Of a DNA stretch of 64,000 nt, positions 1-12,587 are shown in pieces. The position numbers and the translations under genes were made by a program. The DNA is from the human T2T-CHM13v2.0 reference genome, Homo sapiens. The notes beneath the pieces were generated by a model, which saw only the letters and a list, made by a program, of their open reading frames with translations, was not told the origin of the DNA and did no database searches. Within the stretch, counting starts at the first letter, position 1; every line of letters begins with the position of its first letter. The DNA lies in the NCBI RefSeq assembly GCF_009914755.1, contig NC_060948.1; one strand, given 5' to 3'.

Positions 1-550
1 TAAGGCAGCAAATACAAAATTACCGGTCACACAAAGAAGCAGGAAAATATGACCAACGATAAGATAAAAAAATTTATCAATTTAAATAAATGGAGAACTG
101 ACATGTTAGAATTAGCAAAGATATAAAAACAGCTATTAATGTTGTATTACATGTGTTCTAAAAGGTAAGCAGAGGCATGAAATAAAAAGGCACATTTAAT
201 TTCTAGAAATTAAGACTAGGATATCTGAGATGTAAAATACACAGGATTGGATTAATGACCTAGTAGACATAGCAGAAGTAGAAATTACTGACCTTGAAGA
301 CTAAGCAATAGAAACTCTCCAAATGAAACACATCAATTAAAAGATAAAGTGTTAAATGTCAAAGTGTATTTTTAGAGTCAACTCTTATCTTTAAGAAACT
401 CACTTAAAATGTTAATATAGGTTAAAAGTAAAAGCATGGGAAAATATACCATGCAGACAGTAATGAGAAAACTGCAGTAGATGTCAGAGCAAAGGATATT
501 GCCAGGGATAGAGAAGATTGTTTCATAATGATAAGTGGGTAAATTCATCA
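1..550 (+). mobile_element. Old, degenerate LINE-1 fragment (ORF1/ORF2-start-like)
   Basis: A-rich sequence with L1-like tracts, e.g. ttaaaagtaaaagcatgggaaaatataccatgca and ttcataatgataagtgggtaaattcatcagg. Ends abruptly where the GT-rich array begins. Confidence 0.55.
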
Positions 551-1044
551 GGTGTCAGCGTTTTTAGGGTTTAAGGTTGGGGATTAGGATTACCAGTTTA
601 AAATCTAGGAGTTAGGTTTTGGGCTTCCTCTGGAGCCTACATGGTCTGAGAAGGAAAAGCAATGAAATACTTCAGGTTTGGTGGTACTTCAGATTCTGAT
701 CTTCAATCTGCCTGTTAACATACATTTTTAGTCTTCAAATTAGCTGCTCCATACATTCCATCTAGGATTTATAGTTGTGGGAGAGACACAATAGAGTGTG
801 CTTTCTCCATCTTGCCCAGAATTTGAACTCCAGTGCAAAATAACCCTAACCCCAAAACTTGGTGTTATAAAACAATTGCGGTGTTTTATTTCCTAAGGTT
901 CAGGTTCAGGTGTAAGCTTTGGGATTAAGAAATTGAGTTCAGGTTAGGGTTTGAGTTCAGCTTGAGCTTCTGTTTTAGAATTAGTGCTGACATCAGGGAT
1001 TGGGTTGGGATTATTATTGAGGTTTGGATTCATACTCAGATTGA

Positions 1045-1397
<353 letters not shown>

Positions 1398-2016
1398 TAG
1401 GATTGAGGTCATAGTCAGGGTTTGGTTAGGTTTAGGATTGATCAGGTTACAGGCATGGGTTCGGGTTTAGGGGTTTTGGTAAGGTTCTAGCTCAGGTTTG
1501 AGTTTAGGCTTAGAGTTTAGGGGTTCCATTTCAAGTTAAGACTCTGGATCAGTTTTATGGCTTAGGGATTTGGGTTCAAGTCTGGGTTAGATTTTGAGTT
1601 TGGAATTAAGGTTTATATTTATGGTTAGGGTTTAGGGTATAAGGCTTGGGTTAGGGTTAGTGTGGATGTTGAGTCTGAGGTTTGGGCTTAGTTTGAAATT
1701 TGGTTTGGGCTCAGGCTTGTACTCTGACTTGACTTTGATTTTAGGGTGTATGGATTCAGACTTGGGTTCTGGTTCAGGTTCAGAGTTTGGATTTGTATTT
1801 GTGTTAGGATTTGGGGTTGGATTAAAGGACATTATTGAAATGCAGTTTGGTTCTGGGCTGGAGTTAAGGTAGGGATTTGGTTCAGTTTGAGGTCTGTGTT
1901 GAAGCTCGGGCTCTGAGTCCAGTTCATGTTGGAGCTCTGACTAGAGCTCAGTTTGGACTAGAGCTTGGGCTCTGGCTGAGATTGAGATTAGGACAGGGGC
2001 TTAGGATGGAGCTAGG

Positions 2017-2475
2017 TGCAGGATAGTTCTCCAGATATCCTTGGACCATCCCAGTTCTCCCTTCTTTCTCACTCGTAATTTTCAAGAATAATTGTAGAAT
2101 GTCTGGGAATGCAACACCCTGAGATAAGGAAGAGCTAGTTGGAACAGCCCAGGCTTTGTTCCAGTGCCCCTCACCCAGAACAGGATGTCATACGACGCTT
2201 TAGACAAGTAGTTCCTGTACTCCCCAGGGTATAAAATCCAGAGCAAACTGCTTTCCAGGATCCTTCAATTGCAGTGCAAGTGAGGCATGCACAGACAAGA
2301 CTCTATCTGCCCTGAGCAGCTTTCCTGAACCTTGGGGGACTGGCTCACAGTGAATCCTAGGCTTCTGTTTTCTCTTACTGCCTATTTGTAATTAATACAT
2401 TTGCTTCATCATATAACTTGTCTCACCAGACCCAGACAAGTTGGTAAGCAGTGCACAGTGAACCTGCTTTATGCA
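2017..2475 (+). mobile_element. ERV solo LTR (family uncertain)
   Basis: Non-telomeric ~460 bp block with TG...CA ends, TATA-like gggtataaaa (2227-2236) and LTR-like U5. No clean TSD seen. Confidence 0.6.
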
Positions 2476-5037
2476 AGTTTATGGCTGGGGCTGGAAATGG
2501 TAATGGGATTGGGATTAGCTAGGTTTGGATTCTAGTTCAGGTTCAGATTTGGATTTAGGGTTTTCATGTTCAGGTTCAGGCTCTATCTTGGGTTTGGAGT
2601 TTAGTAGTTTGGGTTCAAGGTTCAGGTCTGGATTCAGATTTACAATTTGGGGTTTGGGTTCAGGATTATGATTTAGGTTTGGAGTCGGTGCTGGAGTGAT
2701 TCACATTTGGGCTTGAGCTCTCACTCAGGTTTAGTTTTAAGTTTTAAGCCTGAGGTATCACTCTCATTCAATGTCAGAATTTAAGAGCAAATTTGATTGG
2801 AATTTGGTTTAAGATTACAGTTAGTGTTAGGGTTGAGTTCACGGTTTAAGTCGTGTTTTGAGTTTAGGTTTAGATTGGATTTATGGTTTGGGCGTGGGCT
2901 TGGGCTCAGACTCTGGCAATGGTTTTATGTTCAGGGATTTAGGCTTGGGTACGAATTCAGGTTAGAGTTGCTATTTGGCTCCAGGTCAAACTCAGGGCAT
3001 GGGTCAGGTATTAGGTATATGATTGGAATAGAGGTCCGGGTTTGGGTGTGGTCTTGTTTGGATGCAGGGGTTGACTTGAGTTCAAGTTTGGATTTAGGGG
3101 TCTGGGCTGAGGACAATGTTGGCTCTAATTTATGGTTGTGGTTGGTTTTGGAATGTGGTTCAGGTTAGAGTTTTGGGCTCAGGTTTGAACTAGTGCTCTG
3201 CTCACACTGGAGTTGGTGCCATGGATGGGGACGGGGTTTGGGCCAGTGTTGAGGCTGGGTTTGAGTTTGGGACCATGGAAAAGGTTGAAGTTGAGGTTAG
3301 TGTTGGGATCAGGATTTGGGTAAAGGATCAGGTCAGGGTTTGGAATTAAGTCAGGATATGATCCCTCAGCCTGGGCCTTGCCTCAGACTTGGTTTTAGAG
3401 TTTGGGTTTTGAATTCAGGTTAGTGGTCAGGTGCAGTGTTCTAGTCATGTTTGGAGTTTGAGTTTAGGGTTAGAGTATCAATTTGAGTTTGGGTTCATGC
3501 TTAGGCCTTCTTTTGGGGGCTAGGTTGAGGTCAAGGTGTAGCTCAGGCATAGGGTTTAGGTTTGGGTTTGGTTTTAGGATTCAGGCTTGGGCTGGGGTGT
3601 AGTTAGGTTCCAGTTAGGTTCTAGTTCAGGATTTCGGAGTTAAATTTTAGGTTCACATTCAGAGTTTGGATTGCGGTTCACATTCATGCCCAGACTTGGG
3701 CTTTGACTCCATTTCAATATTATGGCTAAGGGCTTTGGATTAGGATTTTGATTGGGGTTCAGGTTTTGCCTTTAGGTTTGAGTCAGGCTTTAATGTTTAG
3801 AGTTTGAGTAAATTATGCTTTAATTTCAGAGTTTGGATTTAGGTTATATTTCAGGTTTAGGGCTTTAGTTTGGTGTAGTTGTGGTTGGGGACAGGGTTTG
3901 GAACCCAGGTTTGGTTCTGGGTTGAAGTCAGCATTGTGGTTGGGATTCAGGTTGGTGTTTGGTTCAAAATGGGTTTTGGGATTTGGCTTTGGCTCAAGCT
4001 CAGGCTCTATTTCTAGCTTGACAGCTCAAGCTCTCACTGGTGCTGGGACTGGGATTGATGTCAAGTGTGGGTGTGGGATGTCAGGGTTGGGTTTGGGGTT
4101 GGGGGCAGGATTTGAATTGGGTTTTTTATGGTGCTCAGGCTTGAGTCCTGACTTGGCTTTGTTTTGGGGTTTAGGGATTCCAGCTTGGGTTCAGGCTTTA
4201 GAAATTTGAGTTAGGTTCTAGTTCAGGTTTGTGTATATGGGTTTAGATTGGAGGTTGAGGTTGGAGTTTTTGGTTTTAAGAATTTAGGGTTGGGTATGTG
4301 GTTGGGGTTAGGAACGGTTGGGGACAGAGTTCAAGTCAGGGTCGATTTGGGGGTTGGGGTAAGGGTTTGGACTCAGCTTGGACTCAGTTCTCAGGCTGGG
4401 GCTTGGCATGGGCTGGAGCTGGCACTTGGACTTGGCCTGTTCTTTGAATGTACTGGGGCTAAGGCTTAGCCTGAATTGGGGATAGGGTTCAGGTTGTGAC
4501 TAGAGTTTTTTGTTTCTGATTATGTTTGGATTAGGGTTGGGGTTGAGGTCAAAGTTCGGGGTTGGAATTTCATCAGGAGTATTGATCAGGATTCAGATCA
4601 AGCTCTGATTCAGGCTTGGTTTGGGCATTTAAGGGTATGAGTTCTTGTTCATGTTTACAGTTTGGGTCCTGGTTCATGTTTAGGGTTAAGGTTAATTTTA
4701 GGGTTGAAGTTCAGGTTCATATTCTGGTTGAGAGTTCACCTTTGGGTTTGAGTTGGCTTTACAGTTTAGGGTTCATGTTTGTGTTCTCCTTTGGATTTGT
4801 CTTTAGGGTTTAGATGTGAGGTCTGAGTAGTAGTCAAGTACGATTTTAAAGTTTAGGGTTGGTGTTGTGGTCAGAGTTGCTTTTGGTGTAGTGTCTAGGT
4901 TCATGCTCAGGTTTGTACCAGGGCTGAAGCTAGGGCTTGGCTTGGGTTGGGTTAGGGTTAGGGTAGGGTTGGGGTGCTGGTTTTGACTAGAACTTGGGCT
5001 AGGATTGAGTTGGGGCTGCTTTGGATTATTGTGATTG

Positions 5038-5561
5038 TGTCGTGGAACCCCAGATTCAAACTCGTGTACCCAATGCACAGCTGAAGCCAAACACCGAGAC
5101 ACCAGTTCTTAGAGATAGAGAAAGGTTTATTAGATTTTGCCAAAGCAAGAAGGCGGGAGAGCAAGATCTGTCAAATCTGCCTTAACAAAAAGATGCAGCA
5201 AGGAGTTTTTATGCAGCTAGGGAATAAGGGAGTATTTCAGAGAACTGAAGGGCAACGTCTGTGTTTCTTCAATCTCAGATAACACCTGGAACAACCAGAC
5301 TTCTGGGCATCAACAGCTGGTCGCAATGTCCTTCAAAACATTCATTCCTTCTGCCATTTTTTTTTTTTCGTGGCCCTGAAGTTATCTCCTCCTGCTTGAC
5401 AAAGAAAGAATATGTCAGTAGTTTATAATTATATTGTGGAAACAAGGAATAATGGGCCAAAAATGAGTAGTTAACATGTTTAAGCAGTGGTCTGATCAGA
5501 ATTTTCATTATTTCAGTCACTAAAATGCTGGGATGCTGAAATCTCAAGGGGCCTGATTACA
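5038..5561 (-). mobile_element. ERV1-class solo LTR
   Basis: TG...CA termini, AATAAA on the minus strand (tttatt near 5127), near-perfect 4-bp TSD attg/gttg. Confidence 0.7.
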
Positions 5562-7237
5562 GTTGGATTAGGGTGGCATGGAGTCAAAGTTGGGAACAGC
5601 ATTGGCCTTGATATGGACTGGTGTTCTGTCTTGTTTAGGCTTGGGCTCTGACTTGGGCTTGGTTTTAGGTTCAGGTTCAAATGTTCAGGTTCAGGTTCTG
5701 ACTTGTGTTCAGTGTTTGGCTTTTAGTTGGGATTTAGTATTAGGGTTAGTATTAGGATGGGCTTGGGGTTTGGCTTGTTTGTCAGGTCAATGTTAGAATT
5801 GGGGTTCTAGGGCTAAGTTTTAGGGTTTAGGGGTTCAAGTACATGTTCTGGTTCACATGTAAGTATAGTGTTCTGGGATTTTGGTGGGGTTCAGCTTTGG
5901 GTTTGATTGGGGTTTGTGGTTGGGCTTGAACTTGGACTCTCACTTGTGCTCAGTTTCAATGTATAGGGGGGTTCGTGTGCTGGTTCAGTTTTAGTGTTGT
6001 GTTTCAAAGACCAGAGCCAAGATCACAATGGTAGAAGGCAGATTTAACCCAGAGGAGAGCAGACCCCAGAGTGCAGGGGGCGGGGTCCTGAGCTTAAAGG
6101 GTGGCATCGCCCTGGAGTTAGAGGAAACAGCCTGGCCCCAAATGGTGAAGCTGTGGAAACAAAAGGCTGAGCCACATGAGCATAGGCAGAGGCCTGAGCT
6201 TCAGGCCCAGGGTGAGCAGTCTCATCCTTAGATGGAGGAGCAGTGGGTGCAGCTGGGAACAAAAGAATGAGCCATGCCCCCAGAGGGCAGAACCGCAGGC
6301 CCAGATGTCAGTTTCATGGTTAAGGGTTTAGGTTTGGGTTAGAGTTTGGGATTAGTGTTTATGGTTAAAATTAGAGGTACAGTAATGGTTGTAATTGGAG
6401 TTAGGTTTGGGTTTGGCTTTGACTTTGGGGCTTGGTATGGTTCAGGTTTATGCCTGGGTTGGGCTCCTGATTTAAGCTTGGTTTTAAAGTTTAGAAGTTT
6501 GGACTAAGGTTTTATTCAGCTTCAATGTTTGGCTTCAGGTTTCAGCTTGGGTTTAGAGTTTAGGTTTTGGGTCAGGTTACATTCGGTTTAAAGTTTGAGT
6601 TTGTGTTCAATTCTGGTTAAGGATTTTGGATTGGTGTAGGGGTCAGGGTTCAGGTCATGATCTGTTTGGAATTCAGAGTTTGGATTTGGGTTCAAGTTTG
6701 GGATCGAGGTTTATGGTAAGGGTTAGGGTTGGAATTGGAGTTGGGGTTTGATTCAGATTTGGATTGCAGTTTATGATGTCCTGGCCTGTGCATAGGCTCT
6801 GAATAAAGCTTGACTTTAGAGTTTAGGGGGTTGAATTAGGGTTTTGGTTCATGTTCATAGTTCACCTTCTGGTTCAACTTCAGGTTGGTATTGATGTTAT
6901 GGATGGGATCAGGTTTGATGTCAGTGTCTGATTGGAATCTGGTTGGGGTTTGGGATTAGACTCTTGACTTGGGCTGGATTTTAGGGTATAGGACTTTGGC
7001 CTCAATTTGGGTTAGGGTTTAGTGTTTAGGACTAGGGTTCAGATGTGGATAGGATTTGTGGTTTTGTATTGAGGTCACGGTTATGATTGACAAACAGGTC
7101 ACATAAAGAGTTTAGGATTGTGGTTGGGACTTGGGCTTAGGCTCAGGATAGGGTTAATAGGTTTCAGTTGGATCCTAGTTTACATTTGGATTAAGTGTCA
7201 AGATTTCTGGATTTGGGTTCAAGTGTGGGGATGGTTT

Positions 7238-7737
7238 TGTAACAGTGAAACAGCAAAAAAACTAACATAACTAATTCTATTTTTGTTTAAGGGACATTTA
7301 CCCATTCCTGCACATAGGCTAGGATAATTTTAGAGCACTGAGATAATATGGAAAAACAGCAATCACGTAGCTTTTAAAACTAACTCTGAGATTAAAGAAA
7401 AAAGCATGTAAACAACTAACTGTGTTTTGTTAAAAGACTTATAGGAGCATTGTGACCTGACCAAGGACAAAGAATTTCCCAACCTCCTCGGGCCCTCACT
7501 GGCGCCCAGATGTCTGAAGTTGTTGGTCACTTCTAGATCCCAACTCCTTCCTCTACCTCTTGCCTTTAACATTAAAAGAACCTAAAATTTATAGTGACTT
7601 AAGATGATACTTTAGGATGCTAGCATGTCATTTTCTAGGTTTGCTGGCTTTCTTAATAAACCTGCTTTTCCTCTCACCTCCTGTCTCTTGAGTTTTGTCT
7701 TTCAAGTAGCAAGCAGCTGAACCTGGGTTCAGTTACA
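7238..7737 (+). mobile_element. ERV1-class solo LTR
   Basis: tgtaac...gttaca inverted termini, aataaa at ~7655, TSD gttt/attt. Confidence 0.75.
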
Positions 7738-8169
7738 ATTTCAGGATACAGGCTCAATTCTGGTTTAGGACTTACGGTGGGTGTTACCACTAGGGTTAGG
7801 GTGAAATTGATGTTGAGTTTCACTTTGGGATAATATTGAGTTTTGATTATGGTTTCAGATTTAGGCACTCAAGTTGAACTGGGGAAAATTGAGTTAGGGT
7901 TAGAGTCAGAAGTCTAGGTCAGGTTAAAGGTCAGGATCAAAGTTAGGGGTCAGAGATTGGGTCAGGGTCAGGGTCTGGGTTATAAATATGGGTTGGGGTT
8001 GGTGTCTGGATCTGGGTTGGGTAGGGGTTGGGGTCAGGGTCAGGGTTGGATCAGGGTCAGTGTCAGCATAGGGTTAAGTTTAGGGGTTAGGGTTAGGTTT
8101 TGGATCAGTGTTGGGGTCAGGGTCGTTATCACATTTTCCTCATTAGTTTAGCTTTATAATAAGTGTTAG

Positions 8170-8570
8170 GGTACAGATGTGTGAGTTTCTTAAGTTTGTG
8201 TTTATTCAGTGTTGTCTATTATAGGTTTAGAAACAGTTTGCTGGGAATTTAATTGAGATTGCACTGAATATATAGATCAACTTTGAAGGAATTTTTATCT
8301 TAACTATGTCTAGTCTACCAATGGTGAATAAGGAATATCTCTGCATTTATTTACGTTTTGTTTCTTTTAACTGTGTTTCTAGTTTTTATGAATGCATATG
8401 TGTACCTTTTTAAAAAATTTATACTTAAGAACTTTAATTTTGAGGCCTGCTGTTGTAAATGATATTGATTTTTTTAAATACTGTATTCCAGCTTTCAAAT
8501 TCCAGTTTTATCCATACATAATTGCTGATACGTAGGACATCAATTGACTTTTGTCCGTTGACCATCTACT
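8170..8570 (-). mobile_element. Old L1M ORF2 fragment
   Basis: Antisense L1 motifs such as gattgcactgaatatatagatcaa and ctattgtaaatg-like tracts. Confidence 0.6.
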
Positions 8571-8887
8571 TTGCTTTTTATCTCTATCCATTTTGGTCAA
8601 GGCAAGGGATGGTAGGCTCTCTTTCAGTTTTAATTTCCAAAATCATGGCATGGAATTATCAGAACAATGGATTTTCAGAGATTCACGGGGACCGCAGGAC
8701 CGCAGGCCTATGGGCACCACTAAATCGTGAGCGCCTGAGCATCCTGTACTGCCCCCAACGGCCTGTAGGGGCATGCAAACCCACCTTTTTGGACCCTCAT
8801 GAGGCCCCCATGTTCTCTGCGTAGACATCCGGCACCTCCACAGTGAGGACCAAGCTTTGTTCTCAGGTTTCACCCAGGAGGTGCTGC

Positions 8888-9045
8888 TGTGGCTACAGGA
8901 CAGCTGGGGGCCATGCCCAGGGAGGACCCAAATCTCCTTCTCCTCAGGACCCACCTGGGAGACCCCTCTGTGGCTAAGGAACACCTGGGGGTCGTGCCCA
9001 GGGAGGACCCAAGCCTCCTTCTGCTCAGGAGGGACCTGGGGAAGC
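8888..9045. repeat. Two diverged copies of an 81-bp GC-rich unit
   Basis: tgtggct...cccagggaggaccca...ctcagga...cctggg starts at 8888 and again at 8969. Confidence 0.75.
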
Positions 9046-9140
9046 ACCCTGGCTTCAGGACACCTGAAGGTGAGGAATAAGGTTCCTGTCCATGCCCTGA
9101 GTGCAGAGGAGGGAACGCTGCCATATGTTTTACTTTCTCA

Positions 9141-9420
9141 TGTTGTTAGGGATCCTTGGGGTGTTACTTTTCTGGCCGGAAACCTTTGTGGCTAGTGGAG
9201 CCTTTGCTGCAGTTTTACCCTGGCCCGCTGGACTCGTTCTACCCACTTGGCCTGGTAGGCTGCACTCAGCTCATGCTACTGGCCTGGAGCCCATGCCTGC
9301 CAAGGGCGAGTCAGGCGTGGAGTGGTGAGGGGTGTCTGAGCGATTGTAGGGTCTGGCCACTGCACAGCAGGCAGCTCAGGGTGCCGGCATGGGTGCTGGC
9401 TCTCTGCAAGGCTGTAGCTG
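9141..9420 (-). mobile_element. Partial ERV1 LTR (MER52/LTR1-like)
   Basis: gggatccttggggtgttacttttctggccggaaacct matches the recalled MER52/LTR1-group end. Truncated at ~9420. Confidence 0.55.
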
Positions 9421-9524
9421 GACTCTCTTTTCGGACTCAGCCCACCTGCACCCAGGTGAAATAAACAGCCTTGGTGCTCACACAAAGCCTGTTTGGTGGT
9501 CTCTTCACGCTGACGCGCGTGACA
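9417..9524 (+). mobile_element. 3' end (R-U5) of an LTR7/HERV-H LTR
   Basis: gactctcttttcggactcagcccacctgcacccaggtgaaataaacagcc...ctcttcacgctgacgcgcgtgaca is the characteristic LTR7 3' end. Confidence 0.85.
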
Positions 9525-9591
9525 CCAATGATGACCTTAAGTGATTTTTAATTAACTTCAGCTTAATAGGCCATCATTTTCAGGACCCAAC

Positions 9592-10004
9592 TGTTAAAAG
9601 ACAAAATTACAGCACATCTAGGTTTGCAGATCTTAATTGGCTTTTGTTTGAGATTCTAGAATCAGGCAGCAGTCCGGACCAAAAATGGTCCAGAATGCTC
9701 TGCCACATGACATCTGCAGGTTATGTTTATAACCACAGAAAAGAAAGTGACATACAGAAAACAAGTGAAATACAGAGACAGCTCCATTGGTTACAGCCTG
9801 GATTTGCCTTTATGGAACCTAGTTTGAACAGTTGGCCGCCTGCCATTGGCTGACACTTGGCAGCTGTGATTGGTTTAGCCTCAGCTATTTGTTATAAAGA
9901 CAGATTTCTAAGTCAGATTTTCAGTTTGTTTATATACTAACTTAGGTTGTAGTTCTTTACAAGGACTCGTTGGGAGGCTTCTAAAGCCCAAATTTAGTTT
10001 AACA
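9592..10004 (-). mobile_element. MER4-group (MER57/MER101-like) LTR with adjacent internal sequence to ~11860
   Basis: tgttaa...ttaaca termini, followed by actccctccttttgg (polypurine tract on the minus strand). Confidence 0.6.
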
Positions 10005-10234
10005 ACTCCCTCCTTTTGGTCAGCCTTTTAATTTTGAGAAATTGACCAAAACTTTTGGGCATTGTCACCATGACTCCACTCTCTGTCATCATTATAAATG
10101 GGCTTATTTGGTCTCAGTATGGAATTCAGAAGTTCTTATTTGGTCTCAGTTCCCACTGGGCAATAGCAGAACAGTGAGTTTTGTAAGATGGAAACAAGGA
10201 AACAGAACAATGGAAAATAACAGCTGATTGGTTA

Positions 10235-10807
10235 TGTAAACCAAAAATAAGATTCTAAGGCCCCCAACCACCTGAATGGACTCCTCTCAGCCAAGGGGAT
10301 TGCAGAGTTAACCTGAAAATCTAGTTCAGACCATTGTGGAAGAGGGGGTTGGACATGCCTCATTACACCCCTCCAGCATTAACATCAACACAGACCTTAG
10401 GTCTGATAAGAAACGTTTATAATCTTTTTTTCTCTGAAGCCTGCTACTTGGAGGCTTCATCTGCATAATAAAACCTAGGTCTCCATAACCCCTTATCCAC
10501 CCAGACATTCCTTCCTACTGATAATAACTCTTTCAACTAATTCCCAATCAGAAAATTTTTAAATCTATCTATGACCTGGAAGCCCCCACCCCGAGTTGTT
10601 CCACCTTTCCAGATCAAACCAGTGTAAATCTTACATGTGTTGATTGATGTATTATGTCTCCCTAAAATGTATAAAGCAAGCTGTACCCTTACCAACTTGG
10701 GTAAATGTCATCGGGACCCCCTGAGGCTGTGTCACGGGTGTGTCCTTAATCTTGACAAAATAAACTTTCTAAATTCACTGAGACCTGTCTCAGATATTTT
10801 GGGTTCA
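10235..10807 (+). mobile_element. MER4-family solo LTR
   Basis: Starts tgtaaaccaaaaataagattctaagg, aataaa near 10759, exact TSD gtta at 10231-10234 and 10808-10811. Confidence 0.85.
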
Positions 10808-11123
10808 GTTAATATCAGGTCCCTTTTTGGGTAAGGGTTAAAGCAGAGGGGATTTCCTTATGCTGACTCAGGTAGACGGGAATCCTTTCTTTTTCAGGAA
10901 ACACTGGTCTGTTTTGGGATTTATCTGCTTCCTTAACACTTCAGTTTGGTTGTGTGGCATTTGGCGTCAGTTATTCCATCCTGGTTTGGCCTGGTCTGTT
11001 GTGGCCTAGTGCAGGAGCCCAGTTAATAACTCTCCCCTTTTGGTCAGGTTCTCACCTAGGTGACCAAAACATAGGGCATTAGTAGTACTCTCAGTCACCA
11101 TCATTTTGGGTTTCTGGTCTCAA

Positions 11124-11818
11124 TGTAACGCCAAAGGTTCTTGCCTTAGCCACACCAAAGAATTGATGTGGCGGCAGCCCGCGGTGAGAGAGAGACACGG
11201 ATCAGACTGAGAGAAAAAAGCTGTAGGCTTTATTGAGCAGAGTGGCAGTACAAAGCTTCCACAGCGTGGAAGGGGTCCTGGGCCGGTAGCCAGTGTTAGA
11301 TTTTTTGATCACCCTTTAAACCCTTTAAGGCGGGAAATACGTGCGGCGGGAAGATGTTACCAGAGCGAGAAACAAAGACAATTAACATGTATCAGATCTT
11401 GAGGAAAACCGGAATTGTAACTTAAGGTTTATCTACTTTATGACCTTGCAGCGGCATGGCAAAGGAGACAGGATCTCACAGGATTTTACAAACTGTGTTT
11501 ACAAGGAATCGGAATTGGGAGCATAGATAAGGTTTGCTGGTCACAGAAAAACGGGCTTTTAACATTCCTTTCAGTTTCAGGGGAGGGGGAAGGGAGAGAG
11601 GGAGCGAGGACACAGGGAAGCTTACAGCAAAAGTTTCGCTGTTTATAGCTTTCTTGGGGAAGAAAACACATGCACAAATTCTGATGTTAGGAATATTTTA
11701 AGCATATATCTTCAATATTATTCATCCAGGACCAAAGTAAGTCCTGTTGCAGAAAATGAGTTTCATAGCTTTCTGAGCCCCTGCTAGACCCAGGAAGCCC
11801 AGCTGGCACCTCCTCTCA
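11124..11818 (-). mobile_element. Solo LTR, LTR30-like (HERV-W/HERV9 group)
   Basis: Minus strand starts TGAGAGGAGGTGCCAGCTGGGCTTCCTGGG. Exact TSD tcaa at 11120-11123 and 11819-11822. Confidence 0.8.
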
Positions 11819-11862
11819 TCAACACATCGTTTCAGTAAAGTCAAGAAAACTTTATTCCATTA

Positions 11863-12445
11863 TTGTTACCAGTGGCAGGTATCCAAGTTACCCTGAGTTA
11901 CTAACAGTGAATCCATATGTGTCTGCAGCAACTTCAGTTCTTGCCTCCTTAGGAGAAAGAATTCGACTGAGGGACATAAAGTGGAAGAAGAGACCAAGGC
12001 GAGTTTTAGAAGAAGAGTGTAAGTTTATTTTAAAAAGGCTTATAGAACAGGAAAGGAAGGAAAATTCGCTTTGAAAGAGACCCAAGTAGGCATCTGAAGG
12101 TCAAAGACAGCATTTAACTTTGATCCTAGGACTTTATAGGCTCACCTCTTTCCCATGATTTTTCCCTTAGGGTGGGCTGCCCGCATGCACAGTGCCCTCC
12201 TTACCCTTGGGAACTGAGCACTTGCCGTCTTTTTAGGAAGCTTGTACGCGTGCCCATCTGAGGCTTTCCTCTCTTTTCTGGTGGAGTGTCCCCAGAAGGT
12301 CATACTTCACCATTTTGTCTCTTAAGCACATGCCCAGGAAGTTTCTTCTCCCTGTCATTTGCATTCAATTAACACTTCAATGTTAACAGCTGTGGATCAT
12401 CAGGAGATTCTCTCTCCCTGGTGCCCTGGTGCTGGCTGCCAAATT
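11863..12445 (-). mobile_element. Partial ERV1 LTR
   Basis: tgttacc terminus, LTR-typical aaagaattcgactgaggg tract, AATAAA on the minus strand near 12025. Confidence 0.6.
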
Positions 12446-12587
12446 AAAAAACCTGCTTGTAACAGAAGTTGAATGGAGCTCATATCTACAGATATTTAGG
12501 TCTGAGTCTTCTGGGCAGCTGTCCTCATCTTAGCTCAAGTAAACTGTAAAATTCTATTTTGTGCCTCAGCTTCTTCCTTTAGGTCAA

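Noticed and set aside
1632-8151. Many G/L/F/V-rich (+) and P/N/K-rich (-) ORFs
   Set aside because: Translations of the degenerate hexamer array, not genes.
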